This document shows positions 49,195-59,289 of a DNA stretch of 64,000 bases, piece after piece; within the stretch, counting starts at the first letter, position 1; each line of letters begins with the position of its first letter. A program made the position numbers and the translations under genes. Source of the stretch: Desulfobacterales bacterium (GTDB lineage Bacteria; Desulfobacterota; Desulfobacteria; Desulfobacterales; UBA5852); assembly GCA_963674755.2 (NCBI GenBank), contig CAXXVS010000001.1, positions 832,001-896,000 of the forward strand, read 5' to 3'. The notes beneath the pieces were generated by a model that was given only the letters and a program-made list of their open reading frames with translations, did not search any database and was not told where the DNA came from.

Positions 49195-50921
49195 CCGTCC
49201 ATCTCCACAAAGGTGACCCGGTTGGCTTCCCGGAGGGTGGTGACACCGTTGAAGACTTCCTGCAAGGCGGCCCGTCGCAGGAAGACCGTTCCGGATTCAC
49301 GGGCTTTCTGTTTGATCGCCGTAAGACGGGAGCGCGTGATGAAAAGCTCGCGCATTTCATCGTCCATTTCCATGATTTCGATGACCGCCTTGCGTCCCCG
49401 GTACCCGGTCCCCTGACAGCGCTCGCAGCCCTTGGCCGCATAGAAGGTGTAGCCCTTGACAAGCTTGGGGGTCAACCCGGATTCCATGAGTTCGGCTTCA
49501 TCGGGGCGGTAAACGGATTTGCACTCGCACAGCGTCCGGATGAGGCGCTGGGAGGCGATGCAGTTCAGGGCGGCCATCAGGTTTTCGGTCTGGATGCCCA
49601 TGTGCATGAAGCGGTTGATCACATCGAAGGAGCGGTTGGCATGGACGGTTGTGAACACCATGTGGCCGGTAAGGGCGGATTGGAGGGCGATCTGGGCGGT
49701 CTCGGGATCCCGGATCTCTCCCACCAGGATCTTGTCGGGGTCGTGGCGCAGGATTGAGCGCAGCCCCTTGGCAAAGGTCAGGCCTTTTTTTTCATTGACC
49801 GGTATCTGGACGATGCCCTCGAGCTGGTATTCCACCGGGTCTTCGATGGTGATGATTTTGGTGTCCTTGCTGTTGATTTCGGAAAGGGCGCCATAAAGGG
49901 TCGTGGTCTTGCCGCTGCCGGTGGGCCCCGTCATGAGGAACATGCCGTAGGGCGCGTGGATCATGCGCCGGATGCGGAGCTGTTCGTATTCGGCAAATCC
50001 GATGTTGTCCAGTTTGAAGGTACCGTGACGGCCGGAAAGGCTCTCCCGGTCCAGAATCCGGATGACGGCATCTTCGCCAAAGATGGTGGGCAGGATGGAA
50101 ATCCGAAAATCAATGTAGCGATCGGATACATTCAGCTTGAAGCGCCCGTCCTGGGGGATGCGCTTTTCGGAAATATCGAGCTCGGACATGACCTTGATGC
50201 GGCTGATAATCGGGCTTTGATGTTTGGCATCGATGGGATTGGTGGCCTGGTGGAGCATGCCGTTGATCCGGTAGCGGATGATGATGCCCTTGCTCGTGGT
50301 TTCGATGTGAATGTCGCTGGCCTTTTTATTGATGGCATCCAGAATCGTGGAGTCCACCAGTTTGACAATGGGACTTTCTTCGGCGGACACCTTTTCAGCA
50401 CTGAGGGTGTATTCCCCCTGGTCGGACTCCCGGACCACCGACAGCCGCATGTCATCGGTGGGGCTGTCAATCATGCTGCGGGAGGACTTGATGCGGTTGA
50501 TGGCTTTCTTGATATTGCGCTCGCTGGCGACAACGGCGGAAACCTCCGTGTCGGTCAGCATTTCCAGTTCGTCCACCAGTTTGAGCAGGTTTTTGGGCTC
50601 CGCCATGGCGATGGTCAGATGCTCGCCGGATTTGCGGTAGGGAACGAATTTGTAGCGTGCCATCAGATCCACCGGCACCATGTTGGCCAAGGCGTCCGGA
50701 ATGGCAGCGTCCAGCTTGACGTAGCGGTAGGAGAACTGGGCCGCCATGATTTGCGCCAGATCTTCTTCATCGATCAGGCCTTCCTCGAGGCACAGCTGTC
50801 CGATCATCTGCTTGGAGATGTTTTTCTTGGACAGGATATACTTCAGGTCATCCTGGGTCATGAAGCCGAGCTTCAGGGCCCAGTCACCGAAGCGGAGTTG
50901 GCGGTAGGCTTTGGGTGGCAT
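49191..50921 (-). CDS. gspE: GspE/PilB secretion ATPase
   Basis: ASDIHIE, RIPQDGRF, GPTGSGKTTT, TIEDPVEY, LRHDPD..VGEIRD, TGH, Cys motif, GYRGR. Confidence 0.95.
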   Translation of the reverse strand: MPPKAYRQLRFGDWALKLGFMTQDDLKYILSKKNISKQMIGQLCLEEGLIDEEDLAQIMAAQFSYRYVKLDAAIPDALANMVPVDLMARYKFVPYRKSGEHLTIAMAEPKNLLKLVDELEMLTDTEVSAVVASERNIKKAINRIKSSRSMIDSPTDDMRLSVVRESDQGEYTLSAEKVSAEESPIVKLVDSTILDAINKKASDIHIETTSKGIIIRYRINGMLHQATNPIDAKHQSPIISRIKVMSELDISEKRIPQDGRFKLNVSDRYIDFRISILPTIFGEDAVIRILDRESLSGRHGTFKLDNIGFAEYEQLRIRRMIHAPYGMFLMTGPTGSGKTTTLYGALSEINSKDTKIITIEDPVEYQLEGIVQIPVNEKKGLTFAKGLRSILRHDPDKILVGEIRDPETAQIALQSALTGHMVFTTVHANRSFDVINRFMHMGIQTENLMAALNCIASQRLIRTLCECKSVYRPDEAELMESGLTPKLVKGYTFYAAKGCERCQGTGYRGRKAVIEIMEMDDEMRELFITRSRLTAIKQKARESGTVFLRRAALQEVFNGVTTLREANRVTFVEMDG

Positions 50922-50929
50922 TGTTACCT

Positions 50930-51113
50930 AGTGCCCATCCGTAAATGGCATCTTTTGGCTCCTGGCCCGCCGTCGATGGATCAATCCATCTTTGGCGGAC
51001 AAGTCGGCGTTCTTGCCTCCTGTCGGTCCTCGGCGTAGCCGGGCTACGCCTGTGGGCGCCAATCGGCTGCGGCCTTGCCAGGAACCAAAATCTACCATCT
51101 CTGGACGGACATT
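50930..51113. repeat. Hairpin element, family C
   Basis: agtgcccatccgtaaatggcatcttttgg..ccaaaatctaccatctctggacggacatt; near-identical to 33467-33610 plus an extra internal hairpin. Confidence 0.85.
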
Positions 51114-51126
51114 ACCAATGGTTGTC

Positions 51127-51246
51127 GGTTTCGCTAAATGTCCAACCCGCCAGAGGCGAGTAAATCTCTGCGTCCCTCGTTATTGCGGCGTACGAAAGTA
51201 CACCTCATACCTCCGAACGCGAGCGCCTTGACCTTTTTTGGAAACC
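51127..51246. repeat. Hairpin element, core family B (degenerate)
   Basis: ggtttcgctaaa..tctgcgt..ttgcggcgtacgaaagtacacctc..gcgccttgacc..tttggaaacc. Confidence 0.7.
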
Positions 51247-51427
51247 TCTTGCTAAGGGTTATTTGCCCTCTTCTAACTTATAAAGTTCTTCGTGGCACAC
51301 CTTTACAAAGGGACATAGATGAGCGCTGATGGAGATAGATGTAATATAGAGATATCAAATGATTTCAGATATAGCATTAAATTTGAAAATTTTCTTCATG
51401 CTCTTCATGGTGAAAGATTTTTGGCCG

Positions 51428-52639
51428 CTATTGTATCGTCCCGGCCAACTGGAAGATCGGCATATACATGGCCAGCACGATGAAACCGATCACCAAGCCC
51501 ATAACAATCATCAGCGCCGGTTCGATGGCCGCGGAGATGATCGCTAATTTGGCCTCGACGTCTTCATCGTAGAAATCGGCAGCGTCGACAAGTACCTGCT
51601 CCAGCTCTCCGCCACTCTCACCGGCGGCCACCATGCGGATGGCCAAATGCGGGAAAGACTCCGTTTCTTCGAGAGCCTCCGAAAAGCCATAGCCTTCGGT
51701 AATGCGGCGCACCACCTGGATGAGCTTGTCCCGGAGGAAAAGATTGTTCAGTGTGCCGGCCGCGATGCGCACGGATTCGATCAGGGGCGCGCCGGCCGTG
51801 AGCACCATGGCGACCGTGCGGAGCACCAGGGCGGTGGCATAGCTGACATAGAGACCGCCGACATAGGGCATCTTCAATAACCATTGATCCCGCAGGGTTC
51901 GCCAGGTTTCGTGCCGCACCGCACGGTTCCAGCCGACCGCCAGGAGTGCGACCAAGATGGCCAGGTAGAGGAAATGATCTTTGACGCCGTTGCTGAAGGA
52001 GATCAGCACCATGGTCATGGCGGGCAGCTGGGTACCGCTTTCAAAGTACGTCTTGGTGAATGAAGGTACGACATAAATCAGCAGCAAAAACAACACGGCG
52101 ATGGAGGCGCTCACGAGAATCAGCGGGTAGACCGAAGCCGAAATCAATTTGCGCTTGAGGGCCATCATCTGTTTCAGATAGGCCACATGTTTGATCAGCG
52201 CGTCCGGGATATTCCCGCTTTTTTCACCGGCCTGTAAAGAGGAAACGTATAACTTGGAAAAAATGCGGGGGTATTTGGCAAAGGCCTCGGAGAGGGATTC
52301 CCCCGTGGAGACGTCGTAGCGGACCTGTTGGAGAATATTGTTCAGTTCGGAAGGCTCGCTTTTTTCGATGATGGCATCCAATGCGGCAACGATTGGCATA
52401 CCGGTTCGGATCAGGACCGCAAATTCCTTGTTGAAAGAGAAAAAATCCCTGATTTTAAACCGCTTGGAACGCCCCTCGCCGCCCAAGGTTAGCTTGAGAC
52501 GCTCTTCACGCTTGATGCGGTAGACAAAATGGCCCTCTTTTTCCAGGCGCCATTTTAGATCGTCCCGGGAATCCGCAGCAATGGTCTTTTTGACGTACTG
52601 CCCTTCGGGCGTCATATATTTGCAGCGATAGGAAGGCAT
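51428..52639 (-). CDS. gspF: GspF/PilC inner-membrane platform protein
   Basis: GESLSEAF, AGEKSGN, ASVYP, AAGESGGELE, IEPALM, AMYMPIF. Confidence 0.95.
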   Translation of the reverse strand: MPSYRCKYMTPEGQYVKKTIAADSRDDLKWRLEKEGHFVYRIKREERLKLTLGGEGRSKRFKIRDFFSFNKEFAVLIRTGMPIVAALDAIIEKSEPSELNNILQQVRYDVSTGESLSEAFAKYPRIFSKLYVSSLQAGEKSGNIPDALIKHVAYLKQMMALKRKLISASVYPLILVSASIAVLFLLLIYVVPSFTKTYFESGTQLPAMTMVLISFSNGVKDHFLYLAILVALLAVGWNRAVRHETWRTLRDQWLLKMPYVGGLYVSYATALVLRTVAMVLTAGAPLIESVRIAAGTLNNLFLRDKLIQVVRRITEGYGFSEALEETESFPHLAIRMVAAGESGGELEQVLVDAADFYDEDVEAKLAIISAAIEPALMIVMGLVIGFIVLAMYMPIFQLAGTIQ

Positions 52640-52879
52640 GGATTAAAGAACTTTACGGCCGGAATTAAATTCTACCATTTAGGGATGGACACCAAATGGG
52701 TATTCAACCACAAAACTATACGATATTTCTAATAGTTATCCTATGTCCCTAAGGGGTCTTAAAGTATAAAAACACCAGGAAGTCAATGTTCGGTAAGGAT
52801 TTCTGGAGGTTCGGATCGATTGCCCGCGAAATGGCTTTCCCTATCAATGAGGTTTCTATAATGCCTGCCATTCCGGATT

Positions 52880-54376
52880 CTATCGAAGGCCATACTTCGA
52901 AATGAGGCGGGAGAGGTAGGTTCGTTGAATTCCCATGATCTTGGCGGCCTGGCTGCGGTTTCCGCCCGTATGATCCAGGTTGATGGTGATAAATTCCTTT
53001 TTGAAACGGTTTAAGGCATCTTTCAGCGTAAGGCCGACCTCAAGCCCCGAATCGCAGCTCTGGGAGTTGAAGATCGGCAGATCTTCCGGGCGAATTTTTT
53101 TATCGTCCCCCATGACGACGGCACGCTCGATGGCATTGCGAAGCTCCCGGATATTGCCGGGCCAATCGTATTTGCGCATTTGCTGGATGGTTTCTTCCGA
53201 CATGGTGAGGTTGGGGAGGCCGCGCTCGCGCCGAAATTCGTCCAGGAAATATTCCGCCAATTCGGGGATGTCTTCTTTGCGGTCCCGCAAGGCGGGCATC
53301 TGCATGCTGACGATGTTGAGCCGATAGTAAAGGTCTTCCCGGAAGCGGCCCTCTTTGACCTCGTTGGCGATGTCCCGATTGGTGGCCGAGAGCACGCGGA
53401 CATCTACGGATATGGAGTCGTTGCCCCCCACACGGTAGAAGACGCCCTCCTGAAGGACGCGCAGGAGCTTGGCTTGCATGCCGGCACTCATTTCCCCGAT
53501 TTCATCGAGGAAAAGGGTCCCGCCATCGGCCAGTTCGAATTTGCCGATCTTGCGTTTGAGAGCACCCGTAAAGGCGCCTTTCTCGTAACCAAAAAGCTCG
53601 GCTTCTAAAAGCGTTTCCTGCAAGGCCGCGCAATTGAGCACCACCAGGGGGCCGTCTTTGCGCGGGCTGGAGCGATGAATCAGATGGGCCAGCAGCTCCT
53701 TGCCGGTGCCGCTTTCCCCTAAAATCAGGGTACTCGAGTTGGAGTTGGCCACTTTCAGGGCCTGGGCCGTAATTTTTGTAAGGGCCGCGCTTTTCCCGAC
53801 AATCTGATGCTTGGCGGCCAGCTCTTCCCGCAAATCGCGGTATTCCTGGCTGACTTTTTCAAAACGCTTGGCATTTTGGATGGCCCGGGCGGCGACACCC
53901 GAAAAAACGGAAAGATCCCGCAAATCGCCTTTGGTCAAAGGGCGGTCGCCGGTTTTGTCGATCACTTCCAGGACCCCGATGATGCGTCCCTCGCTCTGCA
54001 TGGGCACACAGGCAATGGACTGGGTGTCCAGATGCAGACTGTGGCTGATGGAACTGTCCCATAAAGGGTCCCGGGATACATTGCTGATCAGGAGCGGCTC
54101 CCCGGTTTGGGCGACATGGCCGGCGATGCCCTGGCCCAGGTTGATGGTAAAGGATTTGACCTCGTGTTTCTTTTCACCGGTGGTGGCTTTGAAAACCAGC
54201 TTTTTGGTCCGTCGGTTCACCAACAGGATGGAACCGGCCTTGGCATTCAGAATACCGACGGCCGTTTCCAGAACCAGTTCGAGGAGTTTCTCCAGATCCT
54301 GGGAAGATGATACCCAGCTGGCGATTTCATGCAGCCTTGCGACCAGGCTGTCCGTTGCAGCAGCGCGTTCCGTCAT
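52880..54376 (-). CDS. GAF-domain sigma54-dependent activator (Fis HTH)
   Basis: GAF ([28 protein letters not shown]); [39 protein letters not shown]. Confidence 0.94.
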   Translation of the reverse strand: MTERAAATDSLVARLHEIASWVSSSQDLEKLLELVLETAVGILNAKAGSILLVNRRTKKLVFKATTGEKKHEVKSFTINLGQGIAGHVAQTGEPLLISNVSRDPLWDSSISHSLHLDTQSIACVPMQSEGRIIGVLEVIDKTGDRPLTKGDLRDLSVFSGVAARAIQNAKRFEKVSQEYRDLREELAAKHQIVGKSAALTKITAQALKVANSNSSTLILGESGTGKELLAHLIHRSSPRKDGPLVVLNCAALQETLLEAELFGYEKGAFTGALKRKIGKFELADGGTLFLDEIGEMSAGMQAKLLRVLQEGVFYRVGGNDSISVDVRVLSATNRDIANEVKEGRFREDLYYRLNIVSMQMPALRDRKEDIPELAEYFLDEFRRERGLPNLTMSEETIQQMRKYDWPGNIRELRNAIERAVVMGDDKKIRPEDLPIFNSQSCDSGLEVGLTLKDALNRFKKEFITINLDHTGGNRSQAAKIMGIQRTYLSRLISKYGLR

Positions 54377-54529
54377 CAGGAAAAGAATCCTTATGGGTTA
54401 ATGATCGAATGGATTTGGATATTATCAATCAAGCAACAAAAAAGGTTAACCTATCCCGGAAGAGGCCATTGATTCTGATTCAATCGACCAGCGTTAGTCG
54501 CTTGACGGCATAAAACCGGCCTGCCAATC

Positions 54530-55195
54530 TTACCAGAAAGACCATTGTTCTGTATAAATCACGTAAAGCCCCAGCAGGAGATTCGTCACCGCATGGGCCT
54601 GGATAGAGGAAAAAAGATTGCGCGTCCGGCAAAGCAGGACGCCATATGCCACACCGGCTACAATGCCCGGCAACCAGCGATGATGTTCAAACCCGAATGC
54701 GACGGCCGTCAGCACAAAAGCATACCAGGTGAATTGTCCTAACGGTACCTTATTGAATTCTGATGCTACCAGAAACCGCATGACAAACGCGCGCCAGAAA
54801 ATTTCTTCGATCACCGGAACCAGAAGACTGGCCCCCATGAGGCGAATACCGATCGAAATGCTGGAAATATCGCGGCCGGCCATTGCCGGATCGAACACCG
54901 AATACCCGATCTGGGGATAATAACCTTCTAAGCCGATCCATGCGCCGAATACGCCTAAACCGGTGATCAGCGCCAACCCATCAAAAGTCCATTTGATATC
55001 GATGCGCAGTCTCGACCAAAAAATGGCCAACGTGCCGCCCGTTGTTAAGGTCTTAATTAAATAAGCGCCGCCATCGCCGATGGGCAAGACGGCCGACAAA
55101 TAGGTCATTGCGGTAAAGACGGCAAACGGGGCGACATAGGGCAACCAGGGCCAGGCGTCGCTAATGTTATGAAATATAGATCTGCATAATGGCAT
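54530..55195 (-). CDS. CAAX protease-like (CPBP) intramembrane protease, PEP-CTERM-system-associated type
   Basis: PYVAPF, VPVIEEIFWRAF, FGFEH, HAVTNLLLG..W.FW; start uncertain. Confidence 0.88.
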   Translation of the reverse strand: MPLCRSIFHNISDAWPWLPYVAPFAVFTAMTYLSAVLPIGDGGAYLIKTLTTGGTLAIFWSRLRIDIKWTFDGLALITGLGVFGAWIGLEGYYPQIGYSVFDPAMAGRDISSISIGIRLMGASLLVPVIEEIFWRAFVMRFLVASEFNKVPLGQFTWYAFVLTAVAFGFEHHRWLPGIVAGVAYGVLLCRTRNLFSSIQAHAVTNLLLGLYVIYTEQWSFW

Positions 55196-55400
55196 CTTTC
55201 GGCCCCGGCTCCGCCGCGGCCGGTGGACCGAGTCCCCTAATGGCGCTAAATCCACCTCTGGCGGACAAGCCGGTGTTCGTGCCTTTCAGGAGTCCTCGCC
55301 GTTGCCGGGCTGTCAACGATGTCGCGCATATGCCTACGCCGCCGGTTTCCACATCGCTACGTCCCTGGTCGGAACCAGGTGTGACCATCCCTATACGGGT
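55186..55400. repeat. Degenerate family C element overlapping the CAAX gene start
   Basis: aatggcatctttcggccccgg..tggcggacaagccgg..ggaacca..accatccctatacggg. Confidence 0.6.
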
Positions 55401-55588
55401 ATAACCCAAATGGTTTATTGAATTAGCTCTTTTTTTTATCTGTATAAAATAGTACACTCCACCATCGATTGCAACCTACTTTAATTCGTGAAACAATGCA
55501 TGCGACCTGATATGGCCTTTTGCCGGTGTGTTGGATCCAATACTGTTTCGAGCCGATGGAAAATCATCGTCACCCTTGGAGGATATCC

Positions 55589-57868
55589 ATGGACCGCCGT
55601 CCTTTAACACTGTTGATCATCATCCTGAGTCTCGGTCTTTGTCTGTCCTGCGCTTCGGATGAGGAAAAAGTCCAAAAGTACCTCACCAGCGGTGATCAAT
55701 ATTTCTCTCAGGAGGAATACCGCAGCGCTGAGATCGAGTTTAAAAATGCCATTCAGATCGATCCCAATCTGGTGGAGGCCCACCTCAAACTGGGCGAAAC
55801 CTATCTCAAACTGGGCAACGCCCGGGAGGCGTTCCGCGAATTCAGTGCGGCCGCCCAGATCGATCCCAACAATATGGATACGCAGCTGAAATTGGCCACG
55901 TTTCTTTTTCTGGGCAAACAGGACGACCTCGCGCGCGAAAAAGTGGCGCTGATTCTCGCCGCGAACCCCCAGAATCCGGAAGCCCTGCTATTGCGTGGTG
56001 GTCTGGAGGAGCGTGGGCAGCAGTATAAGGAGGCGGCCGGCACCTATCAAGAGGTACTGCGAATCGATGCCAATCGCATCGGCGCCTATCTGGGGCTTGC
56101 GAGGGTTCAATTGCGTTTGGGGCAACCGGATGCGGCGGAAGCCACTCTGATAAAAGCAAGCCGGATCGAACCGCAAGCGCTGGAGCCGAGGATGGCCCTT
56201 TTTCAATTTTATGCCGGACAGGGGCAACTGCCAAAAGCCAATCAGGTCATCCAAAACGCGATTGCCGATCACCCTGACAACGCGGGGTTGCTCATTGTGC
56301 AGGCCAATTTCCTGGCCCGTCAGAATCGGCTCGACGAAGCCGAAGCCGCTCTCCGGCAGGCGATCGCCGTGGAGCCCGAGAGCACACGGCCCTATCTGAC
56401 CCTGGCCGCCTTTTATGAAGCTAACAAGGCACCGGACAAGGCCCTGGCCGTTTATCAGCAAGCCTTGGCGGCGCACCCGGACGACAGTCAGCTGAAGGTC
56501 CACCTGGCCCGCTTCTATCTGAGCCAGGGCCGGACGGGAGAGGCCGAAACAGCGGTTGACGGGCTGCTGGAGGAACGCCCCAACTACGCCCCCGCCAAAA
56601 TGCTCAAGGCGGAACTGCTCGTTGCGCAGCGGAAGTTTTCCGAGGCGGTTGCTTTACTGGATCAGTTGATTGCGGAGGAACCCCAAGCGGCCCGGGCGTA
56701 TTACTTCAAGGGGCTGGCCCAGGTGGGCCAGGGGGACCGCCGGATGGCGCAGAGCGCGTTGTCCAAAGCCATCGAACTGGCTCCCCGGGATGTTCGGGCG
56801 CGGTTGTTATTGGCGGAGGTCTACATGGGAGAGCGGGAGTTCGATTTGGCGGCCAAGGAGGCGCAGGCCGCCCTGGAACTTGCTCCCACCAATTACCGGG
56901 CCAAGCTGATTTTGGGCAACGCCGCCATGATGAAACGTGATCTTAGCGCGGCCGAAAAATGGTACCGCGAACTGGTCGCCGCCGAGCCGGATAATCCGGT
57001 GGGTTACTTCCGGATGGGCCTGCTCAGCCGGGCCCGGCAGGATAACGCGGCCGCCCTGGAATATTTCGATCGTGCTGCCGCTATAGACCCCTCAATGCTC
57101 GATGCCACACGGCAAAGCGTTCTCATCCTGGGATCGGAAAAACGCTATGACGAGGCCCTGGATCGCTGCCGGTCGCAAATGAAGCGGGTCGGCGACGACA
57201 AGAAGGCGCAGGCCGTCCTCACCGGTTTGAGCGGGGATCTTCTGCTGGCCCAGGGTAAGACCTCGGAGGCCGAGGCCGCCTATGAGCAAGCCATGGCATT
57301 GGATCCCGATAATATGGGACCCTATTTTGCGCTGGCACGTATGCATCTGCGCAGCGGCAATGCCGAAAAGGCCATCCGCCAGTATCAGGCCGCATTGGCG
57401 CAAAACCCGCGGCAACCCGGTATTCAAACCATTCTCGGCACCATATACGATCAACAGCATCAGCCGGAGCAGGCCGAAGCCCATTATCGGGAAGCGCTGA
57501 AAATCGACCCGGAATTCGCTCCGGCCGCCAACAACCTGGCCTACCTGCTGGCCAATAGCGACCGCGAACTGGACGAAGCGCTCACCTACGCTCGTTTGGC
57601 CAAGGCCAAATACCCGGACGATCCCGGCGTTATGGACACCCTGGGGCTGGTTTATTTGAAAAAGGGGCTGATCGACAGTGCCGTGGCCGAGCTCAAAGAA
57701 AGTGCTGCCAAACTTGGAGAGAACCCGACCGTGCGCTATCACCTGGCGCTGGCCTATCACCTGCAAGGCAAGCCCGACCTCGCACGCCAGGAGCTGCGTG
57801 CCGCCCTGGACCTGGGCAAAGCCTTTCCCGAGAAGAAAGCGGCCCAGCAGCTCCTGGCGGGGCTTTAA
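55589..57868 (+). CDS. prsT: TPR-repeat lipoprotein, PrsT-like
   Basis: GGAGG RBS; lipobox CLSC; IEFKNAIQIDP; many TPRs; C-terminal AANNLAY..DTLG.VYLKKG..YHLALA. Confidence 0.85.
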   Translation: MDRRPLTLLIIILSLGLCLSCASDEEKVQKYLTSGDQYFSQEEYRSAEIEFKNAIQIDPNLVEAHLKLGETYLKLGNAREAFREFSAAAQIDPNNMDTQLKLATFLFLGKQDDLAREKVALILAANPQNPEALLLRGGLEERGQQYKEAAGTYQEVLRIDANRIGAYLGLARVQLRLGQPDAAEATLIKASRIEPQALEPRMALFQFYAGQGQLPKANQVIQNAIADHPDNAGLLIVQANFLARQNRLDEAEAALRQAIAVEPESTRPYLTLAAFYEANKAPDKALAVYQQALAAHPDDSQLKVHLARFYLSQGRTGEAETAVDGLLEERPNYAPAKMLKAELLVAQRKFSEAVALLDQLIAEEPQAARAYYFKGLAQVGQGDRRMAQSALSKAIELAPRDVRARLLLAEVYMGEREFDLAAKEAQAALELAPTNYRAKLILGNAAMMKRDLSAAEKWYRELVAAEPDNPVGYFRMGLLSRARQDNAAALEYFDRAAAIDPSMLDATRQSVLILGSEKRYDEALDRCRSQMKRVGDDKKAQAVLTGLSGDLLLAQGKTSEAEAAYEQAMALDPDNMGPYFALARMHLRSGNAEKAIRQYQAALAQNPRQPGIQTILGTIYDQQHQPEQAEAHYREALKIDPEFAPAANNLAYLLANSDRELDEALTYARLAKAKYPDDPGVMDTLGLVYLKKGLIDSAVAELKESAAKLGENPTVRYHLALAYHLQGKPDLARQELRAALDLGKAFPEKKAAQQLLAGL

Positions 57869-57877
57869 CCCCCGGCC

Positions 57878-59026
57878 ATGCGCTATCTGTCCTTCAAAGC
57901 GCTGATCGTCCTGGTGGTGCTGCCGCCGATATTGTACGTTACGGCCATCCAGGGGCTGGAGCGCTATCTGACATATCATTACAGGAGCGCACTCCAGAAA
58001 GCGATCCCCGGGGATACCCAGGCGCTGCTTTCCGGGCGAACGCGGCTCTCCGATCGCATCCAGACCGCGGTGAATGCCTTGCTGGCCGATGCCGCTTTCC
58101 GCCATCACGGCGTCCGGATTGCCGTGACCGTTCGGACCCGGGAGGGGCGCCGGTTGTATCCGCCGGTTTACCGCGAAAACAGCCTTGGCGCCTCTGACAA
58201 CGACGCAATGGATATCGCCAGCGAAAACTTTGCGATGCTCAGCGAAGGCCTGGACGTGTCCCTGTCGGTAACGATCGAGCACAACACCCTGGCGGCTAAC
58301 GCGGTGCTGGCGGTGGCGCTCCTGCTGGCGTTGTCGGGTCTGGCGATCGTCTATCGTCGCGGCACCCGGGTGTATGCTCGGGAAGAAGCCCGCCGGGGGG
58401 TGGAGCTGGCCCGAATCAAGGCCCGCGAAGCATCGCAGCGGACGGTCCTGGCCTCTCTGGAGGAGCAACGCACCCACCTGGCATCCGCGATCGAAACGAT
58501 CCGGACCGAGCTCACAGTGGCCCAGGAGCGGGCCGCGCGCAACGAGGCCGATCTTTTCGATGAGGTCGATGCCTTAGAACAGAAGTTGCAGCACAACCTC
58601 ACGCAGCAGGATCAGCAGCGCAACCGCATCCATGAGCTGGAGGATCAGTTGGCCCAGCTGGACAGGGAGCGGGAGGCCCTCAGCGTTCAGCACAGCAAGG
58701 ACGCCGACGGGTTGCGCAAGCGGATGGAGACGCTTTACAAAAATACGGCCTTTTCCAACCGCGCGCTGGAGGGGTTGACCGAGCTGACCGAGGCCATGCA
58801 GATCAAGGCCGAGGAGATTATCCACCAGCTGGATGCCCAGGCCGATCAGGTGCCGATCAAACGTAAACTATTCCGCGGCAAAGGCAAGGAGACCGTATTT
58901 GAAATCGTGTTTGCCTACAAGGGGCGCCTCTACTTTCGCCGCACCAAATCGCGCAAGGTGGACATCCTCGTTATCGGTACCAAGAATTCGCAGGAGAAGG
59001 ATCTGGTCTACTTGGATCGACTATGA
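57878..59026 (+). CDS. Hypothetical membrane protein: 2 TM, periplasmic loop, long coiled coil, C-terminal RelE/ParE-like domain
   Basis: 9 bp after prsT; hydrophobic segments at about aa 5-25 and 138-158; heptad region; tail AFSNRALEGL..EIIHQL..FEIVFAYKGRLYF..ILVIGTKNSQEKDL. Confidence 0.75.
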   Translation: MRYLSFKALIVLVVLPPILYVTAIQGLERYLTYHYRSALQKAIPGDTQALLSGRTRLSDRIQTAVNALLADAAFRHHGVRIAVTVRTREGRRLYPPVYRENSLGASDNDAMDIASENFAMLSEGLDVSLSVTIEHNTLAANAVLAVALLLALSGLAIVYRRGTRVYAREEARRGVELARIKAREASQRTVLASLEEQRTHLASAIETIRTELTVAQERAARNEADLFDEVDALEQKLQHNLTQQDQQRNRIHELEDQLAQLDREREALSVQHSKDADGLRKRMETLYKNTAFSNRALEGLTELTEAMQIKAEEIIHQLDAQADQVPIKRKLFRGKGKETVFEIVFAYKGRLYFRRTKSRKVDILVIGTKNSQEKDLVYLDRL

Positions 59027-59060
59027 GATAGGCTCCCCGACCGGATCGTCAGTATTGGGC

Positions 59061-59258
59061 AGTGCCCATCCGTAAATGGTCGCTTTTGGTTTCTGGTCCC
59101 GCCGCACAGCGCGGGATATTATCCCGCTAGACGGGATTTCACGCCTGATTTTTGAACACATCGGTGTTCAACAACGCCGCCGCCGACGGGCGCCACAGAT
59201 GGATTGATCCACCGACGGCGGGCCAGGGGCCAAAAGATGCCGTTTAGGGATGAGTACT
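59061..59258. repeat. Hairpin element, family C (opposite genomic orientation)
   Basis: agtgcccatccgtaaatgg..ccaaaagatgccgtttagggatgagtact. Confidence 0.8.
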
Positions 59259-59289
59259 GGAAATTTATCTACAAGGATGGCATACGACC

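Noticed and set aside
49956..51038. 360-aa + strand ORF
   Set aside because: Antisense shadow of gspE
57092..58477. 461-aa minus-strand ORF
   Set aside because: Antisense to prsT and the next gene; expected from high-GC codon bias
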